Shown: piece after piece, positions 1-6,008 of the stretch
How positions within the stretch are numbered: the first letter of the stretch is position 1
Layout of the letters: each line of letters opens with the position of its first letter
From: Candidatus Saccharimonadota bacterium
Lineage (GTDB): Bacteria > Patescibacteriota > Saccharimonadia > Saccharimonadales > Saccharimonadaceae
Length of the DNA stretch: 32,000 nucleotides
Assembly: GCA_023898645.1 (NCBI GenBank)
Contig: CP060232.1
Location: forward strand, 450,001-482,000
Direction of reading: 5' to 3'
Position numbers and translations under genes: made by a program
Notes under the pieces: model-generated
Told to the model about the DNA's origin: nothing
Seen by the model: only the letters and a program-made list of their open reading frames with translations
Databases searched by the model: none

Positions 1-201
1 AAGGTGTATGCGAGACGGTATATTCATTTCATAAGCTTGCTCTAAAGTAAAAGCCATATTATGGGACATGTTGCTGGCTGACGAGCCGCAGCAATTTACT
101 TGAAACTTGACTACAATTCGCGTGGATAGATATGCCCATAACGCAGTGGCGTTGCTCAGCATACCCCGACGAAACCTGTAGTCTTAACAGAAAGGAACAA
201 C

Positions 202-729
202 ATGAAAGCATTTACCAAATCACTTATAGTAGCGGGCGCCGTAGGGACGGTCGGCTTAGGCACGCTTACGGCGGGCGCAGTCGCTAACGCAGAATCAGGT
301 ACGGGCAACGGCTCGGGAGGTCCCGCGTCTAGCCTCGTGGGCAAGATTGCTTCGACATTTCATTTGGACAAGTCAAAGGTGCGGCAGGTTTTTGACCAAC
401 AAAGATCTGAAAATGAGGCGAAGCACGAGCAAAGAGCGGGCGACCGGCTACAAAAGCTCGTAGACGATGGTGTGATTACGTCTGCGCAAAAGAGCGCAAT
501 TGAGTCTAAGCTGGCCGAGCTGAAGACTGAACGCCAATCTGATCGTGGCACTTTTAGAGATTTGACACCAGCACAGCGCAAGGCAAAAATGGATCAAAAG
601 CGCAGCGAGCTAGAGACGTGGGCAAAGCAACAGGGTCTTGATCTGAGTAAGCTCATGGGTATCTTTGGCGGTCCCGAGGGTCATGGGCGGCATGGTGGCC
701 ACGGTACGCCACAGGAATTAGGCACCTAA
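202..729 (+). CDS. Secreted hypothetical protein (signal peptide, helical charged body, Gly/His-rich C-terminal tail)
   Basis: 175-aa ORF with AAAGGA 6 nt upstream of the ATG. The N-terminus MKAFTKSLIVAGAVGTVGLGTLTAGAVANA/ES looks like a Sec signal with an AxA site. The C-terminus is GGPEGHGRHGGHG. A GC-stem terminator follows. No family recognised. Confidence 0.7.
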   Translation: MKAFTKSLIVAGAVGTVGLGTLTAGAVANAESGTGNGSGGPASSLVGKIASTFHLDKSKVRQVFDQQRSENEAKHEQRAGDRLQKLVDDGVITSAQKSAIESKLAELKTERQSDRGTFRDLTPAQRKAKMDQKRSELETWAKQQGLDLSKLMGIFGGPEGHGRHGGHGTPQELGT

Positions 730-752
730 GCCTGGAACATTCCTCACATCAG

Positions 753-778
753 GAAGCGCCCACCGGGGCGCTTTCTTT
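753..778 (+). terminator. Rho-independent terminator of the 202-729 gene
   Basis: Stem agcgccc (755-761) / gggcgct (766-772), 4-nt loop accg, followed by ttctttac. Confidence 0.7.
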
Positions 779-888
779 ACGAGGCTCAGGGTTCTATAAG
801 CACAGGCTGTCATACTAATAGTAGTGCTTCGGGTATATACACGAAGCCGCACAGAAGCAGATAAAAATGCAATCCCTCCATATTATTA

Positions 889-914
889 AAAACGCCCCGC
901 TTGGGGCGTTTTTA
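889..914. terminator. Bidirectional-type intrinsic terminator (A5-stem-T5)
   Basis: aaaaa-cgcccc-gctt-ggggcg-ttttt. The GC stem is 894-899 / 904-909 and is flanked by A and T tracts. Confidence 0.65.
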
Positions 915-1008
915 AAAAATTATTGTTGCTATGTATTTTATGAGACTGGCTTTTTGGATATCGCAAACCGTTGCCGTTAATAGTATACAATTAAATAACA
1001 TTGATTAA

Positions 1009-1036
1009 TTGTCACAAATAGATTAAAATATATATA
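1009..1036 (+). promoter_or_regulatory. Candidate sigma70-type promoter of the CE4 gene
   Basis: TTGTCA (1009-1014), 16-nt spacer, TATATA (1031-1036), then 5 nt to ATG 1042 (8 nt to ATG 1045). No SD. The region is AT-rich, so alternative hexamers exist, for example TTGATT-17-TAAAAT at 1001-1029. Confidence 0.35.
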
Positions 1037-1041
1037 GCTTT

Positions 1042-3258
1042 ATGATGAAATATTTAAAAAAATCTATTTACATTATTCTTAGCGTAGTGCTACTTTCGCC
1101 TATGCTTTTACCTTATTCACGTGCATTGGCCGATGGTTCCAACTTGATTGCCAACGCTTCTGTCGAGGCGGCGGCAAGTAACAAGCCACTTAACTGGACT
1201 ACAAATAGTTGGGGCACAAATACAGCTACATTTGATTATGCGACAACTGGTCATACGGGGAGTCGAAGTCTTTCTGTGTCCGTATCTAATTATACTAACG
1301 GTGACGCTAAGTGGATGGCTGATCAGGTCGCTGTAACTGCGGGTCAAACATACACGTATACTGATTATAGTAAGTCAAATGTTATGACTGAGCTCGATCT
1401 TGCATATATGAAAGCTTCTGGTGGCATGAGCTTTGTGTATCTTAAATCTATACCAGCAAGTAACACGTGGCAACAAACATCTACTACTTTTACAGTACCC
1501 GCAGGGATGGTGAGTGTTTCTGTGTACCATATTGTGTATTCTAACGGTTCAATGCAGACCGATGACTATAGTTTGACTCTGCAGGGCCAACCTACACCTA
1601 CACCTACACCTACACCTACACCTACACCTACACCTACACCTACACCCAACCTTATAGGGAATTCTTCGTTCGAAACGGCAAATGGAATTGATCCGGCAGG
1701 GTGGCATCGTGGCGGTTGGGGTACAAACACTCCTACATTTACGTACGCGTCAAGCAGTGCACGTACAGGTAGCCGTAGTGTAAGCGTTAGTCTGTCGAGT
1801 GTGAGCAGTGGTGATGTGAAGTGGTATGCCGATCCAGTACCTGTGAGTGTCGGCACGACGTACACGTATGAGGACTATTACACTTCAACCGTAGGTACTC
1901 GTGTTCTTGTGGCTATGACCAATACAAATGGTGTCAACAGTTACAGCGAGTTGACTGCCGCGCCAGCTGAAGCAACGTGGGCTCTTTATACGGATAGCTT
2001 TACCGTACCAGCTGGGATACAATCAGTTACTATTTATCACATACTTGATCAGGTGGGTACGTTGACAATTGACGACGTGTCGCTTGTTTCAGACACTAAA
2101 AGCACGCCTTCGACAGATGGACTTATAGCGAATAGTTCATTCGAAGATGCAACTGGAACGAAGCCGACGGGCTGGGCGACGGACAAATGGGGTTCAAACA
2201 CCGCTACGTTTACATACGTGCAAAACGATGGTCATACAGGCACTAGCAGTAGTAAGGTGACGATAAGTAACTACGTGAGCGGTGACGCAAAGTGGGACTT
2301 CACGCCAATCACCAACCTCGTACCTGGAAGTCAGTATAGCTTCTCGGCATGGTATAAGACGAATACTCAAGCTCATGTCGTAGCTACGTATGTAGACACT
2401 AATGGGGTTGATCAATACCTTACCCTTCCAAATCCAATTTCAGGCGGCGGTGCGGCGAACACTTGGCAGCAGTACAAGACCATTCTAGACGTACCAACAA
2501 ATGCCGTTTCGGTGTCAATCTATTTCCTTATCGCAAGTAATGGCTGGCTACAAACCGACGATTTCAGTCTGGATCCGTATACTCCGACTGGATTTGATGC
2601 GCCAATAATTAGTTTGACGTTCGATGATGGCTGGGACTCAATCTACACTAACGGATTGCCTTTATTACAAAAATACGGCCTTGTTTCAACCCAATATTTA
2701 ATTAGCGGTAAACTGAATACTCCGAATTACATGACAACAGCTATGGCTCAGGCATTTCTAGATTCTGGCAGTGAAATCGGGGCTCATACCGTTACTCATC
2801 CTGACCTAACGCAAATTAGTGGCGCACAGTTAACTGCAGAACTTAGTGGCTCACAAGCGACGCTTCGTCAACTTTTTGGAAATAATGTAGCGCAGACGTT
2901 TGCGTCACCTTACGGTACATACGATGCGACAACACTATCTGCTATAGGACAGTATTATCAGTCTCATCGCTCAACGGATGTTGGATATAATACGAAAGAC
3001 AATCTTAATATCTACAATATTATTTCACAGGATGTCACTACATCAACGACTCCTGCGGAGGTCGCTCAATGGGTCGCCAAAGCCAAAGCAGAGAAATCTT
3101 GGCTTGTCATCGTGTATCACGCAGTAACTAACATACCCAGTGATGATTATGCGACGAGTCCGGCTGATTTAGACGCAGAATTGAGTAATATTAAAGCCTC
3201 GGGTGTTAACGTTGAAACCGTCAGTCAAGCACTTGCTCATCTTACGGGCCAGCATTAA
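1042..3258 (+). CDS. Secreted polysaccharide deacetylase (CE4/NodB domain) with three N-terminal CBM_4_9-like carbohydrate-binding modules and a PT linker
   Basis: 738 aa with Sec signal MMKYLKKSIYIILSVVLLSPMLLPYSRALA/D. Three ~150-aa repeats each carry NLI(A/G)NSSFE...GW...WGTNT(A/P)TFTY...GHTGS(R/S)S..V..SNY.SGDAKW...TDD(Y/F)SL. The C-terminal CE4 motifs are LTFDDGW (TFDDG), GAHTVTHPD (H-S/T-x-x-H), SPYG and IVYH. Confidence 0.9.
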   Translation: MMKYLKKSIYIILSVVLLSPMLLPYSRALADGSNLIANASVEAAASNKPLNWTTNSWGTNTATFDYATTGHTGSRSLSVSVSNYTNGDAKWMADQVAVTAGQTYTYTDYSKSNVMTELDLAYMKASGGMSFVYLKSIPASNTWQQTSTTFTVPAGMVSVSVYHIVYSNGSMQTDDYSLTLQGQPTPTPTPTPTPTPTPTPTPNLIGNSSFETANGIDPAGWHRGGWGTNTPTFTYASSSARTGSRSVSVSLSSVSSGDVKWYADPVPVSVGTTYTYEDYYTSTVGTRVLVAMTNTNGVNSYSELTAAPAEATWALYTDSFTVPAGIQSVTIYHILDQVGTLTIDDVSLVSDTKSTPSTDGLIANSSFEDATGTKPTGWATDKWGSNTATFTYVQNDGHTGTSSSKVTISNYVSGDAKWDFTPITNLVPGSQYSFSAWYKTNTQAHVVATYVDTNGVDQYLTLPNPISGGGAANTWQQYKTILDVPTNAVSVSIYFLIASNGWLQTDDFSLDPYTPTGFDAPIISLTFDDGWDSIYTNGLPLLQKYGLVSTQYLISGKLNTPNYMTTAMAQAFLDSGSEIGAHTVTHPDLTQISGAQLTAELSGSQATLRQLFGNNVAQTFASPYGTYDATTLSAIGQYYQSHRSTDVGYNTKDNLNIYNIISQDVTTSTTPAEVAQWVAKAKAEKSWLVIVYHAVTNIPSDDYATSPADLDAELSNIKASGVNVETVSQALAHLTGQH
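1591..1644 (+). repeat. Perfect hexanucleotide microsatellite (CCTACA)x9 encoding a (Pro-Thr)9 linker
   Basis: Nine uninterrupted CCTACA units, in frame with the CE4 ORF, lying between CBM-like modules 1 and 2. Confidence 0.95.
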
Positions 3259-3278
3259 TCGAAATTATCTTCATTGCA

Positions 3279-3305
3279 ACAGTATATTTTAATAAAATAT
3301 ACTGT
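3279..3305. repeat. 27-nt perfect AT-rich palindrome in the CE4-GT2 intergenic region (operator or weak terminator candidate)
   Basis: acagtatatttta-a-taaaatatactgt has 13-nt arms around a single central base. It starts 21 nt after the CE4 stop and contains TATACT on both strands. Confidence 0.6.
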
Positions 3306-3331
3306 ACAAATTAACACAAATAGTGTATAAT
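3303..3331 (+). promoter_or_regulatory. Candidate promoter upstream of the GT2 gene
   Basis: TGTACA (3303-3308), 17-nt spacer, TATAAT (3326-3331). The -35 overlaps the right arm of the palindrome. This would give a ~90-nt leader. Confidence 0.35.
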
Positions 3332-3353
3332 AAATACGAAACGACGTAAGTGG

Positions 3354-3392
3354 AATAGGTGCCTTCTGTAATGGCGGTACCTATTTACTTTT
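3354..3392 (+). terminator. Hairpin plus U-rich tail: either the CE4 terminator or an attenuator in the GT2 leader
   Basis: Stem aataggtgcc (3354-3363) / ggtacctatt (3376-3385) gives 10 bp including one G-U pair. The loop is 12 nt and tactttt follows. Confidence 0.45.
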
Positions 3393-3425
3393 GTCAACAT
3401 TAATTAAATGAGCGAGAGGTGACAA

Positions 3426-4520
3426 ATGGTTGCAAAACCACGTGTAGTTGCATTGGTTCCGGCACACAATGAAGAAGATATTATCAAAGAGACGATAGCC
3501 TCTTTGATGACTCAGACATATCCTTTTACGTATGTTCTTATTATTGCCGATAATTGTACTGATGGGACTATTCGTATTGTAAAGCGAGCTCAGCGAAAAT
3601 ATGGTTCAAAAAAGTTACGCCTATTAGAGACCGTCGGAAATACTCACAAAAAGGCTGGTGCACTCAATCAGGGCTTTGAAATAACTCGCAAGAGTAGGCC
3701 GGACTTTATATTCGGCATGGATGCAGATACGATTATTGACTCTCAAATGGTAGAAGAGGCTGTTAAACAGTTTATGCTTGAACCAAATACGGCCGGTATC
3801 TGCTCGGCTTACCGTACACTTCCTCTTAAAAGTGAAGCAAGCTATTGGGAACGTTACCTGTGGAGGCTTCAAAATATCGAGTTTGGCCTCGCTAATGCAT
3901 GGAGGGTCGAAAATAATGATAGCGCTCGAGTACTTCCTGGCGTATCTGTCATGTTTAGAGCAAAGGCCTTGCGAGATGTCTACGAGCTCCATAAAGGAAT
4001 TGTTTGGGCTACGGATAGTCTCGTTGAAGATTATCGCCTTACTCTTGAACTGAAGGATCTAGGTTGGGACGCTAAATCATCACTTCGTATGATTTCTTGG
4101 TCAGACGTGCCATTACGCCTTTTTGGTAAGGCGGGCCTATTTGATCAACGTCAACGATGGTATAGCGGTACAGTAGATGAGTTGCGTCGTCGTGGTGCAA
4201 TGAAACATTCTCGCTACGAGTTGTTCACTATCGCACTGCTCGTCATAAACTTCTTGATGCGTCTGCTTCTTATTTCTGCCTACGTTACGATTATCGCAAT
4301 GGGCAATAGTATTCAGTGGATATCATTCTTCCTTTTTCTCCCCGTTGCAGCGGCGTCGATTCAATATTATCGATGGGTTAAGTATACCGATCAACGTGAC
4401 CGATGGCAGGGTGTTATGACGTTAGCGCTGATTCCGAACGAGCTGTACGCCATATTTAGAGAGTTTATTTACTTATATGCGATTTGGATTAGTTACAGAC
4501 GGCCTAATCGAGCATGGTAA
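3426..4520 (+). CDS. Family 2 glycosyltransferase, processive beta-glycan synthase type (cellulose, chitin or PNAG synthase-like)
   Basis: 364 aa with SD GAGGTGA upstream. Motifs are VPAHNEE, DNCTDGT (D), GMDADT (DxD), VEDYRLT (ED) and FDQRQRWYSG (Q-x-x-R-W), followed by 3-4 C-terminal TM helices (LFTIALLVINFLMRLLLISAYVTIIAM, WISFFLFLPVAAASI, LYAIFREFIYLYAIWI). Confidence 0.88.
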   Translation: MVAKPRVVALVPAHNEEDIIKETIASLMTQTYPFTYVLIIADNCTDGTIRIVKRAQRKYGSKKLRLLETVGNTHKKAGALNQGFEITRKSRPDFIFGMDADTIIDSQMVEEAVKQFMLEPNTAGICSAYRTLPLKSEASYWERYLWRLQNIEFGLANAWRVENNDSARVLPGVSVMFRAKALRDVYELHKGIVWATDSLVEDYRLTLELKDLGWDAKSSLRMISWSDVPLRLFGKAGLFDQRQRWYSGTVDELRRRGAMKHSRYELFTIALLVINFLMRLLLISAYVTIIAMGNSIQWISFFLFLPVAAASIQYYRWVKYTDQRDRWQGVMTLALIPNELYAIFREFIYLYAIWISYRRPNRAW

Positions 4521-4550
4521 AGATAAAGGAAAAAGAAAGGAGAGCATAAT

Positions 4551-4775
4551 ATGTACGTCCCAACAAATATGACACTTGTCGGCAGTTTGGCCCCAATTAC
4601 GACCGTGGATTTTTCACTTCATACGTTTCTCGGCGTCAGCTGGCTCGTTTTGTTGCCCTATACTGTTTTTGGTGTTGTGCTGATGGTTCACAGTCAAAGC
4701 AAGCTTATCCGTGGTGAGCGAGAGCTGAAGCGTCAGAACGACTCTATAGATGCACTAAGTATAACCCGTAAATAG
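4551..4775 (+). CDS. Small membrane protein co-transcribed with the GT2 (positional analogue of IcaD/PgaD-type accessory subunits)
   Basis: 74 aa. AAGGAG lies 8 nt upstream of the ATG, which is 30 nt after the GT2 stop. It has a hydrophobic segment FLGVSWLVLLPYTVFGVVLMV and a charged C-tail. No family recognised. Confidence 0.6.
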   Translation: MYVPTNMTLVGSLAPITTVDFSLHTFLGVSWLVLLPYTVFGVVLMVHSQSKLIRGERELKRQNDSIDALSITRK

Positions 4776-4788
4776 TGTATGATTCATT

Positions 4789-4827
4789 AAATAACACCCA
4801 GTTACACAAAGACTGGGTGGTGTTATT
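4789..4827. terminator. Hairpin between convergent genes (bidirectional terminator)
   Basis: aataacacccag ... ctgggtggtgttatt forms an imperfect ~12-bp stem between the 4775 stop (+) and the 4842 stop (-). Confidence 0.55.
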
Positions 4828-4841
4828 GCTATTTAAATACC

Positions 4842-5885
4842 TTACGAACCAACATAGGGGTAGTAGTAGATGGAGCCGATATCTAACGATGCAGGTAAAG
4901 CGCTGTTATCGATACCGTTACCTGGATAATGAGCGGTGTCCATTCCACCCCAGGTTCCGCCCATTGCTAGATTGACGATAAGATAAAAGGGCTGATCGAA
5001 CGGCCACGTTGTATAGTCTGCCTTTTTGGTGCGAGTGTATGTGTAGTACGGCGTATTATTAACAGCAAATGTAACGCTTGTCGGAGTCCATAGAAGCGAA
5101 TAGAGATTAAAACTTGCACTGTCATCAGGTACTTTTATAGTGCCAAATGATCCGGTGCCGTCGGGGTGACGATTAGCGTCTGATGCCGTATGAACGACTC
5201 CGTAGATAATATCTGGCTTAAATCCCACAGCTTCAACGATGTCAATTTCTCCGCCGTTTTTATAACGTGCGGTATTATTTATCGGACTTCTTTTGGCATA
5301 TTTGTCATTCGCTGGCAACAGCCAAATCGCAGGCCAGGTACCTACGCCACTCGGTAATTTGGCAGTTATATCTATTCTTCCATATAAAAATGATTGTTTT
5401 CCTTGGGTTTCAAGTCGCGCAGATCCGTATTGATATCCAGATGGCTGAGAATCATGACTTGCAATAAGGCGTAACGTTCCATTTTCTATTCTTAAGTTTG
5501 CAAAGCTATCGGTGTAATATTGTTGCTCATTATTGCTATTTTCGGCTGGTCCAACAAGAACGTTCCAGTATTTAGGATCGGGGAAACCAGATGTCTTGTT
5601 TGCGAAGTTTTGGAACCAACTCGGTTTGGTTGCAAAGAGGGGGTTGTATTGCGCGGGTGTGCTTAAGTTAGAGTCTACTGAAGCTACTACGTTTGGCATC
5701 TTTTCTTTAATAAGAGTACGGATTATATAAGGGTATGCAAACAAGAGGCTACATATTGTAACCATAATTACAAAAACGCCAGTGTTCGCCAGTGTCTTTT
5801 TTACTTTCAGTTTTCGCCGTCGCATACGTGCATTGCTTACTTTGCGGAACGGACGTTGCGATACGGCTGGAAGCAGACGATCCAT
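4842..5885 (-). CDS. Membrane-anchored GH16 beta-glucanase (laminarinase/lichenase-type)
   Basis: GEIDIVEAVGFKP matches the GH16 active-site pattern E-[LIV]-D-[LIVF]-x-E-x2-G-[KRNF]-x-P. The N-terminus is a basic tail plus TM (VFVIMVTICSLLFAYPYII). I place the start at ATG 5885 (MDRLL...) rather than ORF-track 5957, because a consensus promoter sits directly upstream of 5885. Confidence 0.88.
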   Translation of the reverse strand: MDRLLPAVSQRPFRKVSNARMRRRKLKVKKTLANTGVFVIMVTICSLLFAYPYIIRTLIKEKMPNVVASVDSNLSTPAQYNPLFATKPSWFQNFANKTSGFPDPKYWNVLVGPAENSNNEQQYYTDSFANLRIENGTLRLIASHDSQPSGYQYGSARLETQGKQSFLYGRIDITAKLPSGVGTWPAIWLLPANDKYAKRSPINNTARYKNGGEIDIVEAVGFKPDIIYGVVHTASDANRHPDGTGSFGTIKVPDDSASFNLYSLLWTPTSVTFAVNNTPYYTYTRTKKADYTTWPFDQPFYLIVNLAMGGTWGGMDTAHYPGNGIDNSALPASLDIGSIYYYPYVGS

Positions 5886-5891
5886 CTGTTT

Positions 5892-5920
5892 ATTATACGA
5901 TATATAATAAATATTGTCAA
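5892..5920 (-). promoter_or_regulatory. Consensus sigma70 promoter giving a leaderless GH16 mRNA
   Basis: On the minus strand: TTGACA (5920-5915), 17-nt spacer, TATAAT (5897-5892), 6 nt, ATG (5885). No SD. Confidence 0.6.
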
Positions 5921-5974
5921 TATTGTTATATATATTACACCTTATATTTTTAATCACTAAAGTGTGAGCTGCAC

Positions 5975-5983
5975 TGGTATACT
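5975..5983 (+). promoter_or_regulatory. Extended -10 promoter candidate for the GH6 gene
   Basis: TGgTATACT at 5975-5983. It lies ~15 nt upstream of the SD GGGAGG (5998-6003) and ATG 6009. Confidence 0.4.
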
Positions 5984-6008
5984 TAGAATTAGTGCAAGGG
6001 AGGTATAT

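Noticed and set aside
1-69. A possible 5' end of a minus-strand CDS running off the left edge (ATG at 69 or 57; MSHNMAFTLEQAYEMNIPSRIHL...)
   Set aside because: Only ~20 codons are visible and there is no SD or promoter pattern. It cannot be supported from this window.
867-980. A 37-aa plus-strand ORF (MQSLHIIKNAPLGAFLKNYCC...) in the 730-1041 spacer
   Set aside because: It reads straight through the 889-914 terminator hairpin and has no SD. It is most likely non-coding.
5886-6008. The longer ORF-track starts for GH16 (5957) and GH6 (GTG 5964)
   Set aside because: They would make the two divergent genes nearly abut and would run through each other's promoter. Internal starts at 5885 (consensus promoter, leaderless) and 6009 (GGGAGG SD) are better supported.
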